IMG/VR virus record: IMGVR_UViG_3300031975_002169
Span: 1-63,875 of that record
Origin: a virus
Taxonomy: Duplodnaviria > Caudoviricetes
DNA length: 63,875 nt
Strand: one strand, 5' to 3'
Shown one piece after another: positions 46,539-56,582 of the stretch; within the stretch, counting starts at the first letter, position 1, and every line of letters starts with the position of its first letter. The translations under genes were made by a program, and so were the position numbers. The notes under the pieces were generated by a model, which searched no databases, was not told where the DNA came from, and saw nothing but the letters and a program-made list of their open reading frames with translations.

Positions 46539-48155
46539 TCAGACCTTCGTCTTGGCCTCGACCTCGTCCTCTTCGTCCGGGTCGCCGGGGAGCTTGGCGC
46601 TGGCCTCTGTCACGCGCGTGATGGACTCCACCTCGCGCTCCATGGCGCGCTCCCCATCCGCCTCGATCGCTGCCAGCTCGGCGTCCACGTCCTCCACGCC
46701 GAACAGGTCCGCCACCGCCTTGAGGCTGGTCTTGTGGCTGAGAACAGGCTTCCCGCCGTTCGCCGACATCACGCTTGCCGCTGCCGCTTGCTTGTCGGTC
46801 CAGGTGGGAGCGAAGTAGGTGGGCCACGTGAGCGTCACCGTCTCGCCGCTGCCGAGCTTGGGGGTGCGCAGCTCCTTGGCGACGTCCCCTGGCTCCCCAT
46901 CCTCCGAGGCGCTCGCCTCCAGCACAGGGCGGAGCTTCACCGACTCCGGTGGCAGCGTGCGCGCCTGCCGAAGCAGGCCCTCGAGTGTGCGTGTGATGCC
47001 TGGTCCGTACACCTCGCGCAGCTCGTCGCACCTGGCCGTCTGGGGGGCGTAGAGCAGGCGGAGGGCCGCTGCGCTCTGCGCCGCGCCGCTGATCTTCTCG
47101 GCGTCCGCGTCGATGACCTGGGAGGCGGCGAGCACACCAGCGCGCACCTGAGCCGCCGTCTCAGCGGCGGTGCGCGCGGCGTCGCCCTTGACCTCCAGGT
47201 AGTCCGCGCCACCAGGGGCGAAGATCGCGTGACCCTGGCCCTTCTTCACGACGCCAGGGTTGTTCCGCCGCTCGTCCTTGATCACCAACGTGGGATCCGC
47301 GTTGGCGAGGACGCCCTTGCTGGCGCCGCTGACGAGACGGTTGATCTCGTCCATGTTCGGGCCCTGCTCGTGGTAGTCGCACTCGCCGTCCACGCGCTCG
47401 GTGTCGCTGGTGTTCTGGATCCAAGCCACCGGACAAGCGTCGCCGGGGACCAGGGCGAAGCGGCTGGGCTCCACGCGCGAGCGCCAGTAGGGGAGGTTCG
47501 CGATCTCGGCCGGGACGGCGTCCCAGACGATGTCCTGGGTGGGGTCCCAGTACCGGACGTACCAGAACGAGCGGTCGGTGTAGGTCTTGGCGTCCTCGTC
47601 CCAGACGCGCGTCTGGTAGGAATACGCCTTCACGCACGCCAGCGGGATGAGGTCGTTGCGATCCGCCCAGGCCAAGACCTGGCAGTGCTTCGCGTTGTGC
47701 ACCTCGATCACGGGCTTCCCGTTGGAGAAGCCCCAGGAGAGCACCACCGAGCCCACACTGCCGCCCTTCCGGCGAGCCTCGATCATGCGAGGCCAGAGCT
47801 TGGCGTCGCGCGCGCACGCGCGCACCCAGGCCTCTGTCTCCTCGTCGCCATCCACCGTGATCTGCGGCGTGTTCCCGCTGCCGAAGAGCATGTTCGTGAG
47901 GCGCCCCACGATGGTGCGCGCCACGGGGACGGTGGTGCTGGGGCACCGCTCCGAGAGCGGCACGTACCAGCCAGGCTTGATCGCCGCTTCCTCGCCGAGC
48001 CCGCGGAAGTAGCCGTTCCAGTCGTACTTCTTCCCGTCGTCCTGGGTGCAGCGGTAGTAAGACTCCTGGCGATCGAGGCGCTGGAGACGCGCCTGGTCCA
48101 TCAGCTCGGGGAGCCGCGCGTTGGGGATCATCGGGGGCAGGGGGGACAGCGCCAC
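46539..48155 (-). CDS. Portal protein
   Basis: 538 aa directly upstream of gp7-like; ARTIVGRLTNMLFG, SGAAQSAAALRLLY, LTWPTYF, ELAAIEAD. Confidence 0.82.
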   Translation of the reverse strand: MALSPLPPMIPNARLPELMDQARLQRLDRQESYYRCTQDDGKKYDWNGYFRGLGEEAAIKPGWYVPLSERCPSTTVPVARTIVGRLTNMLFGSGNTPQITVDGDEETEAWVRACARDAKLWPRMIEARRKGGSVGSVVLSWGFSNGKPVIEVHNAKHCQVLAWADRNDLIPLACVKAYSYQTRVWDEDAKTYTDRSFWYVRYWDPTQDIVWDAVPAEIANLPYWRSRVEPSRFALVPGDACPVAWIQNTSDTERVDGECDYHEQGPNMDEINRLVSGASKGVLANADPTLVIKDERRNNPGVVKKGQGHAIFAPGGADYLEVKGDAARTAAETAAQVRAGVLAASQVIDADAEKISGAAQSAAALRLLYAPQTARCDELREVYGPGITRTLEGLLRQARTLPPESVKLRPVLEASASEDGEPGDVAKELRTPKLGSGETVTLTWPTYFAPTWTDKQAAAASVMSANGGKPVLSHKTSLKAVADLFGVEDVDAELAAIEADGERAMEREVESITRVTEASAKLPGDPDEEDEVEAKTKV

Positions 48156-48167
48156 GGGGGCCTCCTA

Positions 48168-48362
48168 TCAGGGGGTCTCGCCGAACTTCGCCTTGAACTC
48201 GGCGTCGCGCTTGCGGCGATTCTCCGCCACCTCATCCCGACGACTGCGGATGTCGCGCTCGATGGCGTCCGGCTCCTCGCCAGCCTGAATCCGCTCGGCG
48301 ATCCACTCGCCGGCAGCGAGCAGGAGCCGAAGGATGGTGAAAACGGTGTTCGCGGTGTCCAT
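48168..48362 (-). CDS. Small amphipathic protein coupled to the lipoprotein gene
   Basis: MDTANTVFTILRLLLAAGEWI; TGATG overlap. Confidence 0.55.
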   Translation of the reverse strand: MDTANTVFTILRLLLAAGEWIAERIQAGEEPDAIERDIRSRRDEVAENRRKRDAEFKAKFGETP

Positions 48363-48799
48363 CAGCCGATCCTCCCGAGCACGAGTTGGAACGCTTCCCA
48401 CGCTGCTTTCGCAGATGCGGCAGCCGACGCGGTGGCAGCCAGCGCCTCGGCGAGGGCTGCCTCCGTGATCTCGCCTCGGCGAAAGGCGTCAGCGGCAGCG
48501 CGCCCCAACGTCTGAGCATCGCGCACCGCTTCGAAGGCCTCCACCAGCACGTCACAGGCCTCGCGCGCCGCACGCAGCGCCTCGCGCGCCTGGGCCACCT
48601 CCTCGGGGCGGTGCGCGGCGATGATCTCGCCCTCCACCCGATCGCAGGTGCGGACGCTCAGCTCGTAGGCTGGGTCCACCACATCCGTGACGGTGTTCAG
48701 CGCCTCGTCGATGCCGTTCGCGGTGTGCTGGGCGGAGCCGCACCCAGCGAGGAGGCACAGGGCCAGGAGGGCGGCGATGGGGGTGTGTGCGTTTCGCAT
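48362..48799 (-). CDS. Lipoprotein, helical
   Basis: Lipobox LLALCLLAG-C. Confidence 0.75.
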   Translation of the reverse strand: MRNAHTPIAALLALCLLAGCGSAQHTANGIDEALNTVTDVVDPAYELSVRTCDRVEGEIIAAHRPEEVAQAREALRAAREACDVLVEAFEAVRDAQTLGRAAADAFRRGEITEAALAEALAATASAAASAKAAWEAFQLVLGRIG

Positions 48800-48833
48800 C
48801 GGACGAGGCTACCACGAGCCGTCGTCCAGCGCC

Positions 48834-50291
48834 TCAGAGCGGAGTGGGGTTGTCGCGCACGCCGTAGGTAGCGGCCGTCCCGCTGCGCGTGAGGCTGGTG
48901 GCGCCCACGAACGGAGCCCAGGTGGCTCCGGGATCGCCACCATCCACACGCCAAGCGTTCGTCCAGTCCCCACCACTGGGGATGGACTCGAGCCGGCGAG
49001 ACTCCAGACACGCCTCGCTCAGCTCCCGCACCTCATCAGCGTTCAGGAGGCGCGTGACGTAGGCCGCCCCGTGAACGAAGCCACCCGTGTCGATGCCGTG
49101 CTGGTAGGCACCATCAGCCGCCGCACCGATCGACAGGTTGCCACCGGCCGTCTGGCCCGTCACCGCCGACGTGAAGAAGGCGACGTGCCGCTGCCCGTTG
49201 ATCCAGAGGATCGCCGTCGTGTTTCCGAACTCGTCGTAATTGAAGACAACCACGACCACGCAGAACTTGAGCCCGACGTCCGCCCCCGAATACTCGAACG
49301 TGCGGAGCGTACCGCCGCCGTCGTACATGCTCACACCCAGGCGCGTGACCACGTCCGCCGTGAAGTTGCCCGAGTAGCGGATCCCGAATCCGCCCACCCC
49401 GTTGATGGTCCCCATGACCCAACGGTTATTGAAGCTCGTCGAGACGGTGTTCGAGCCCACACGGACCACGGCGCACACCGTGTGCTGGTTCACCGCGTTC
49501 AAGGGGTCGCTGCCGAACCTGTAGTGACGCGTCGTGGAGAGCCCGGTGATCTCCTCCACCGAGGGGCCACCCCCCGAGGGCGTCACGCCAACGATGTCGG
49601 TCCCAACTCGGCCGAGCAACTCGCCATCGGCCACCGAACCCATGGTGAGCAGCGTGCCTCCGCTGATAGTGGAGCGGAGCCCACGAACGTCGGGAGAGGC
49701 CGGTGTGCCACCGAGCTGCCCAGCGACATCCGCCTTGTTCGCCACCAACGTGCCGAGGGTGTCAAGAGCACCGCTCACGCCAGCACCGGAGACGCCTGAA
49801 TCGTTGGTGACCTGGGACGCAGCGTAGTCGCCGCCGGCAGCCGCTACGGCCCCAGTGCGTCCGAACACGCTGCTCACGGAGCTGGGGATCGTACTGGGCA
49901 CCCAGGCCGAGCCGTTCCAGATGAGCGCCTGTCCGTTGGTGGGTGCGGCGGCGGAGATGGCGCGACCCTGGAGGCGCTCCACCGTGTTCGCCGCCGCTGG
50001 CCCTGTGGCATCCCCACCCAGCACGGTGGCACCGCCGCCACCGATGGCGCCTGCCGCTAGGAGCAGCGACACCAGGTCGCCGTCGCGGCTCTGGAGGCTG
50101 AGCTGCCGCCGGAAGGCTGCGACGGGAGCAGCCATCGTCCCTGACGTGTAGAGCACCAGAGGGCAGCCAGTGGCCTGGAGCCCTGGCACCGAGTACTCGG
50201 CGTCCGAGATGACGCGCCCAGCCTTGAGCAGCGTGGTGCGACCGTCGCCGGTGGGAGCGAAGCAGTCCTCGAGAACCAGATAGTCGGCCAT
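48834..50291 (-). CDS. Fibre-like virion protein with C-terminal LamG/concanavalin-like domain
   Basis: LGGDATG..TVERLQG, PTNGQALIWNGSAWVP, VSSVFGRTGAV fibre motifs; LWING..LSIGA..YVTRLLNADEV. Confidence 0.7.
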   Translation of the reverse strand: MADYLVLEDCFAPTGDGRTTLLKAGRVISDAEYSVPGLQATGCPLVLYTSGTMAAPVAAFRRQLSLQSRDGDLVSLLLAAGAIGGGGATVLGGDATGPAAANTVERLQGRAISAAAPTNGQALIWNGSAWVPSTIPSSVSSVFGRTGAVAAAGGDYAASQVTNDSGVSGAGVSGALDTLGTLVANKADVAGQLGGTPASPDVRGLRSTISGGTLLTMGSVADGELLGRVGTDIVGVTPSGGGPSVEEITGLSTTRHYRFGSDPLNAVNQHTVCAVVRVGSNTVSTSFNNRWVMGTINGVGGFGIRYSGNFTADVVTRLGVSMYDGGGTLRTFEYSGADVGLKFCVVVVVFNYDEFGNTTAILWINGQRHVAFFTSAVTGQTAGGNLSIGAAADGAYQHGIDTGGFVHGAAYVTRLLNADEVRELSEACLESRRLESIPSGGDWTNAWRVDGGDPGATWAPFVGATSLTRSGTAATYGVRDNPTPL

Positions 50292-50325
50292 GTGGCCAGC
50301 CTATCATCGCCCGAGGGCGCGCGCC

Positions 50326-51663
50326 TTAGTACGCGCCGATCGCAGTCGGGAGCGCAGTTCCGCCGCGCTGCGTGCTGAACCCGCCCACGTGGTTACCCAG
50401 GTCGCTGGCGCTAGTGAGCGCCCCGGTGCCACTCACCGTCATCTCGAGACCGGTGCCAGCACCACCGCCACGCAGGACGCACCCTTGGACCGCCGGCGAG
50501 GTGACAGGGCGAGCAGCATCGGGGCTCGCGAAGCGCACACCGCCGCTCGCCCCAGCGGCAGCCACCACGGTGGTGTCGCGCACCTGGGCGGCGATGAGGC
50601 CAGCGTTGCCGAAGAAGTCCAGGTTGACGCCCCAGCCGCTATCCACCGTGATGTCGCACCCGCTCACCTTGGTGCCCACCACATCACCGCCGACCACCAC
50701 GAAGAGCACGCCAGCAACGCGCGATCGGTGGATCGTGCTCCCGACGCACGAGTTGAACGACCCCTCGCCCAGCTCCACACCGATATCCACCTGGTTCGCC
50801 GCGCCGCTGTCGCCGAAGATGCAGTTCTCGATGCGGTTGCGCTGCCCGGTGGCCTGAGCGGCCGTCGCCACCGAACCGGCGCCGAGTGCGACGCTCGAGT
50901 AGGTGCGCAAGCGGCACGCGTTGAGCAACGCACCGTTATCCGTCATGCGCAGCATCGTCCAGAAGCCAGGGAAGTTGGAGACGGTCCCAGCGGACGCCTG
51001 GCAGGCGATGAGACAGCGCACCAAGCGTGCGCCGCCTGACACGTTGATGAAGCGGTTGGCGTCGCCGTCGAGCAGCGCACCACCAGGGTTCGAAGCCATC
51101 GTGATGGCCAAACGCTCCATGAGCCCAGCCACCTGGAGGGCCAGCATCTCACCCGAGGAGGGGAGCACCAGGCGTGTTCGATCGCCCTCGCCGCGAACCG
51201 CCACCGAGCCGTCCACCACGGTGGGTCCAGCCGCACCACTCGGTCGCAGCTCGTAGTCCCCTCGGAGCACGTAGACGCCACCACCCGTCACTACCGCATC
51301 GGCGAGCGCGTCGCGGTACGCGTCGCCGTCCCCGGTGTCCAGGTGCGTGCACGAGTCGCTCGTGTCGCCCGCTGGGGCGTTGCCCACCACGTAGAGCGGC
51401 GTGTGAGCATCCCCAGCCGGCCCGGACAGCGCACCGGATGCGGACAGGAGCCCCACCAGCGACCTGGTGGTGGGCGCCTGGATGTATCGAGCGAGCGCCG
51501 TGGCTGCCGGAGACCCATCCGTGAAGGCGAGCAGTGGGATGCCTTGCGCCTGGAGGTTGGGGATGTCCACCTGACCATCGTCGAGGAGCTGCCCAGCACG
51601 GAGCACCATGGGCCCGGTGGGGAGGTTGTAGACAGCGTCGTCGATCACGATGTAGCGCGCCAT
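50326..51663 (-). CDS. Spike/fibre protein with pectin-lyase-like beta-helix
   Basis: DALADAVVTGGGVYVLRGDYEL..VAVRGEGDRTRL then IENC/VSGC/VRDT repeats. Confidence 0.68.
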   Translation of the reverse strand: MARYIVIDDAVYNLPTGPMVLRAGQLLDDGQVDIPNLQAQGIPLLAFTDGSPAATALARYIQAPTTRSLVGLLSASGALSGPAGDAHTPLYVVGNAPAGDTSDSCTHLDTGDGDAYRDALADAVVTGGGVYVLRGDYELRPSGAAGPTVVDGSVAVRGEGDRTRLVLPSSGEMLALQVAGLMERLAITMASNPGGALLDGDANRFINVSGGARLVRCLIACQASAGTVSNFPGFWTMLRMTDNGALLNACRLRTYSSVALGAGSVATAAQATGQRNRIENCIFGDSGAANQVDIGVELGEGSFNSCVGSTIHRSRVAGVLFVVVGGDVVGTKVSGCDITVDSGWGVNLDFFGNAGLIAAQVRDTTVVAAAGASGGVRFASPDAARPVTSPAVQGCVLRGGGAGTGLEMTVSGTGALTSASDLGNHVGGFSTQRGGTALPTAIGAY

Positions 51664-51699
51664 GGTCCCGAGCCTATCAGTGCTCGGCCCTCGCTGCCA

Positions 51700-53337
51700 T
51701 CACCGGAAGAGAGGGTCCGCCTGTCGCGGGTCCTGCTCCCCATCACCAGCCTCGAGCCCCTCGATGTAGATGCGCGCCTCCTCGCGGGCGAACCAGCTCG
51801 CCATCAGCCTGTCGCCGGTGTGCGACTTGGGGGTGTACCCACGCATCTCGCGGATCCATGCGCGGATCTCGTCGTTGGCTGGCTCGCCCCCCTGGGTGGC
51901 AGGGATCACCCAGCGCGTCGCGCGCATCTCCACCGCCATCGTCTCCACACCGAAGTCCTCGGAGTGCTTCCCGCGCTTGCCGGTGCTGGTGGTGCTGAAC
52001 GGGATCACCGGGACGCCGCGCCCCTGCGCGAACTGGGCGATGAACGCCTGGGCAGCCACGGACTCCACCACGACGGTGCTCTGGTAGCGGATGTGGTGCT
52101 GGACGATGCGCTGGACGATCTCGGGGCCCTGCCAGCGCCCCGATTCGACGTTGACCACCAGGTAGCGTCGGTCCGGCAGGATGGCGATCGTGAAGAGCAC
52201 CGTGAGGTCGCTGTCCTCGTCCTGGCCCACCCCGAGGTCGACGCCGGTGTAGCAGGGGAGCAGCGGGCCTCCCCAGAAGGCCGTCGGTGCCTCGTCCAGG
52301 AAGCCACGCCCGAGCCCTTGCGCCAGGCAGGCGCGAATCCACGCCTCCTGGAATCGCGACGAGGCGTCCGAGTACGGCTTGCAGAGCCGCTTCCGCGCGA
52401 ACGCGGACGGCGTCATGTTGGCTGCGTCCTCCCGCAGCTCCTCCACCGGAATCGCCTCGGGCCAGAGCGCCTCCCAGCGGTCCTCTGGCGCCTCCGGGTT
52501 CAGGACGGCGCTCCAGACCTGCATCCCCCACGCTGGCCTCGAGCCCAGCGTGTGGAGCAGGTCTTCCTCGTGCCACGGCGTCCCTATGCACCAGACGCGG
52601 AAGCGCGTCTTGTCCCCCTGCGCGCGCGACTTGCGCCCCCTGGGGCCCTTGCGCGTGAAGACCTTGGTGTCGAACCAGCTCAGCGTCTTGGCGCGCTGCT
52701 CGGGGCTGGACGTGTTCTCCATGTCCAGCACATCATCGAGCACCACCACGTCCAGGCGTGCGCCCGTGATCGCCTTGGAGCCCGCACCGTAGGCGGCGAC
52801 GCTGGGATCCTTGGCGATGGTGGTGCGCGCGACGGTGCACTCGTGCGCGTTCCACTTCGCGCCCTTCTTCGGCACCAGGTGCGGGAAGACCTCGCGGACC
52901 CTGGGGTTGTGGAGGATGTGCGCCTGGACCTGCGCCAGCCGATCCATCGCCTGCCCATCGGTGGCGCAGATGATGGCGATGCGCGCGTTCGGGTTCTTCC
53001 CGAGGTGGTAGAGGATCCGTCCGACGATCTGCTGGGTCTTGCCGTGACCCACAGGCGCCATGATCACGCCGTAGCGGTTGCGGTCGAAGAACGCCTGCCA
53101 CTCCTCGTGATAGTCGGCGTTCTCGATGCTGTCGCCGGACTCCTCGTCCGGCATCGCGTACTCGATGAACGCGCTGGCGCCCACCACCGCATCCGGGAAG
53201 CCAACGATCTCCTCCCCGCGCGCCTGCCGGAGGTGGAGCTGACGCAGCGCCCGCGTTCGCTCCACCAACTCGGGCGCGCTGAGCTTCTCCAGCTCGACCC
53301 AGGGTGCAACCTCCTGGAGCGTCAGGAGCGAGGTCAC
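51700..53337 (-). CDS. terL: Terminase large subunit
   Basis: Walker A APVGHGKT, ITGARLDVVVLDD, IGTPWHEEDL, nuclease GVDLG..D, HTGDRLMASW. Confidence 0.93.
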   Translation of the reverse strand: MTSLLTLQEVAPWVELEKLSAPELVERTRALRQLHLRQARGEEIVGFPDAVVGASAFIEYAMPDEESGDSIENADYHEEWQAFFDRNRYGVIMAPVGHGKTQQIVGRILYHLGKNPNARIAIICATDGQAMDRLAQVQAHILHNPRVREVFPHLVPKKGAKWNAHECTVARTTIAKDPSVAAYGAGSKAITGARLDVVVLDDVLDMENTSSPEQRAKTLSWFDTKVFTRKGPRGRKSRAQGDKTRFRVWCIGTPWHEEDLLHTLGSRPAWGMQVWSAVLNPEAPEDRWEALWPEAIPVEELREDAANMTPSAFARKRLCKPYSDASSRFQEAWIRACLAQGLGRGFLDEAPTAFWGGPLLPCYTGVDLGVGQDEDSDLTVLFTIAILPDRRYLVVNVESGRWQGPEIVQRIVQHHIRYQSTVVVESVAAQAFIAQFAQGRGVPVIPFSTTSTGKRGKHSEDFGVETMAVEMRATRWVIPATQGGEPANDEIRAWIREMRGYTPKSHTGDRLMASWFAREEARIYIEGLEAGDGEQDPRQADPLFR

Positions 53338-55423
53338 GCCGCTGCGATCGCCCTGGTGAAGCTCAGCGTGGCCTCAGCCGCCGAGGCAGCGTGGGCACCC
53401 CTCACCAGGAGCCACGCCTCAGGCACGACCTCGCCGGCGAGCCCCAGGTCGTGCCGCTCGGCGCACGCCACCCCGCACGCCGCACCACCCGTGTGGGTGG
53501 CGACGAGCACCTGGGCATCCAGGCGGAGGGGTATCTGGCACGAAACGCAGCGCACGGGGTTCCTGGGGAGCAACTTCATGGGCTCCCCAGGTCATAGCAC
53601 GTGCGTTTCAGGCCGTCATCTCCCCTGGCGCAGTGCTACCGCCTCGACGGCTGCGATCAGCGGAGCGCACGTCTCGCAGTCCCGGTCCACCTCGCTGGTG
53701 TTGGCCACGTAGGTGCGCGCCGCACCCAGGACGGCCACCAGCTCGCGCACCCTGTTCTCCACCTGGCGCTCAGCCAGCATGGCGTGAGGCGACCCAGGCT
53801 CGAAGCTCGCGTGAGCCCGCACCAGGCGCATCACCTCCTCCACCTCGCTCACTTCACCCTCGCGGTCACGGGCAGCTTCGGCCAGAGTTCTTCGGGGATG
53901 TCGCCACCGCTCCAGACGTTGTGGCTCACGATGCGGGTGCCATCCAGCAGCTCGAACTCGAAGCGCTGCCCACCGAAGCCGAGGCCGTCCCTGGACCCGC
54001 CTGGCGCTGGCTCCTTGCCGATCGTGTAGAGGAAGCGCCTGGGGCCCCGCTCCACGATCACAGTGTTGGGACCCCTGGGCTCGAGGAAGTGGTGGCAGGT
54101 GAAGCACGACGTGCGCTTGGCGCCACCTAGCAGGTGATCGTCGTTGTATGGGCGATGGCATTCCGGGCACTCCTGGAGCATCGCCCCAGCCACCTTCGCC
54201 GACTTGGCTGGGCACCAGGCAGGCACCGATCCGTGCACGAACGCGACGCGCACCTCCGGCCTCCTGCCCAACACCGCGAGCACAGGGTGGCGGCAGAGGC
54301 GCCCCTGGCGATCGTTATCCACCGAGTGGTCGCACTCCTTGGAGCACTCCTCCCGCACGCCGCTTCCAGCGCACGGGGAGCACTGCTCTAGCGGCGCGTC
54401 GCCCAGGTTGCCCCACGGCTCCCGCTTCCCACGCCCATCGCACGCTGCGCAGACCATGATGTGCGGCGCGCTCACGAGATGCCTCCCTTGGCCAACTCGC
54501 TGAGGGTGCGGCGCAGCTCCGCGCTCTCCAGCTCCGCCTTCTTCGCCCTGGCCACCCAGGAACGCACCTGGTGCTCCAGCGCAGCGCGCTCGGCCACGAG
54601 CACCGCGTGCTCGTGCTTCGGCATCGCCCCCAGCGTGCGAGCCACACTGTTCATCCCGGAGAGGATGTCAGGGTAGTGCTCGTCGGTGACCACGGTGGCC
54701 GTCCAGACCCGATCCTCGGGGCGCTTCGCCGTCTCGTCCACCACCACCAACGCGAGGCTCTGCCAGGGCCCCAGCATCAGCCTCGCCGTCACGTGGTGGA
54801 GCACCATCTCCTTGGCGTCCTCGTCGCGCATCATCGCGCGCGTGGTCTGAACGCCATCGGGGTGGTCCTCCTCGGTGTTCGGCGTGAAGGTGGCGATGGT
54901 GCGGCAGGTGGGGCAACACACCGTCCCGTCGTGCGAGCGCACGCCGCTCTCGCCGCTCCAGCCGCACCCAGGGCACCCATACGTCCCGGCGCTCACGTGG
55001 ACACCTCGGCCGCCCTGGACACGGCCTCCGCCATGGCCTTGTCGAAGTCCGCGTTGAACCCGACGAGGTTCCCGCCCACCGCGCGATGCAGGATCACGGA
55101 CCAGATCCCGAATCGGCGTCGCGCGCTCACCGCGACCACACCCAACCCCCTCAGCGTCTTGTTCACGAGGCCACCTCGAGCGCCCCGTTAGCAAGGAGCG
55201 CCCTCACCACCTCTTCGCCGCTAACGGTGAAGTGGTGCAGCGTGTTGGGGTTGTCGATCACGCAGATGATCAGCGAGACGCCGCCGGCTCCGCACGTGCT
55301 CCCTATCGTGAGTCCTCGACCATCGGGCAGCGTCCCGTTCGCCCCATGAATCTGGAGGAACATCCTGTTGGGTGGCGCCTTGCGCACGCTCACCTGAGCC
55401 ACCGCCTCGTCCAGCTTTTCTCC

Positions 55424-55462
55424 CATCGTCGTCTCCCTTTGCTGCCACGGAACCGCCGTGGC
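55424..55462 (-). promoter_or_regulatory. Leader hairpin + AGCAAAGGGAG, copy 5
   Basis: GCCACGG-CGGTT-CCGTGGC-AGCAAAGGGAGACGACG-ATG; TTGCTC-N17-TACAAC upstream. Confidence 0.65.
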
Positions 55463-56099
55463 TCGGAACGCTCAGGTTGTACCGCTCCTGAGCTTGTCGA
55501 GCAACTCCCTGGCGATGGCCAGGCGCTCGTCCTTCGGGAGCGCGTTGATGCGCTCCGCCGTCACGTGGTTGTCCGCCGGCGAGTTGGGTACCATGCGCGC
55601 TGGGTTGCGCGGATCCTGCGCCCAGCGGCGAGCGTGTGGTGGGCAGAGATGCTTCCCTGCCGCCGGCTCGGAGGCGCACTTGGCGCAGAGCTTGGCGTCG
55701 CATGTCTTGCCAGCCTTGCGCCCCGTGAACTTCCAGTCGCAGAGCAGCGTCGCCAGCCTCCCGCACTCCGAGCACGGGGGCCGGCGACGCCCGCGCGAGC
55801 AGACGATGCCGATCGCCTTCCCGTCGTCGCTGTAGAGCGTGTCGCAGGTCACGCCCTCAACGCCTCCCTGCGCCGCGCCTCGTAGGAGGCGCGCTCACCG
55901 CCGTCCAGGGGCAGACCTGCGCGCGCGTAGTGCCTGAGCACGTGTTCCCAGGGGAAGTCGCGCGGGAGGTAGCGCAGCTCGCACGCCACCTCGTGGCAGG
56001 ACATGCCGTGACGAAGCCTGGAGTCCACGTTGCCGAACCCCGAACACTCGAGCGCATCGGGCTGGAACGCCTCTGGCACCGCCAGCACGCCGAAGCGGG

Positions 56100-56582
56100 T
56101 CACAGTGGGATCCTCCCGTACTTGACCGCGCTCTCCATGGCCTGTCGCGCCACATCCGGAGGCAGCCGGAAGAGGCCCTGAGCGCCCTTGTACGGGATCG
56201 GCGGGATGGCCACGCGCTCGCCGAGCAGCCAGCCCACCGGCCCACACCAGAACGGGTCCTCATGCAACCGCTCCAGCTTGGTGCGCACCTCCGCCGCTCC
56301 GGGCCCAGCGGCAGCCACGATGCGCGTGGTCCCCCTGTCGTCCCGGTACCCCAGCACGCGAGCGAGGCCCACGATGCCCGTGGGGCACTCGTCAGCGGGT
56401 GGCACGGGGGGGAGCACACCAGCCGCCGGCTCCCAGCCGCCGAAGTCGTACCGGAGCCCGGAGTGGAGCGCGATGCGGCAGCCGACGACATCGGCGTGAG
56501 GTGGCCATCCCCGGTTCTCCACCGTCTTGGCCCCGCTGAGGATGAGGTGTGCCCAGGGGCGCCAGAGCGACAGCGCCTTCAC
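56100..56582 (-). CDS. ASCH domain protein
   Basis: KALSLWRPWAHLILSGAKTVENRGW..IALHSG..GIVG..W..GPVGW..PIPYKGAQGLF. Confidence 0.88.
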   Translation of the reverse strand: MKALSLWRPWAHLILSGAKTVENRGWPPHADVVGCRIALHSGLRYDFGGWEPAAGVLPPVPPADECPTGIVGLARVLGYRDDRGTTRIVAAAGPGAAEVRTKLERLHEDPFWCGPVGWLLGERVAIPPIPYKGAQGLFRLPPDVARQAMESAVKYGRIPL

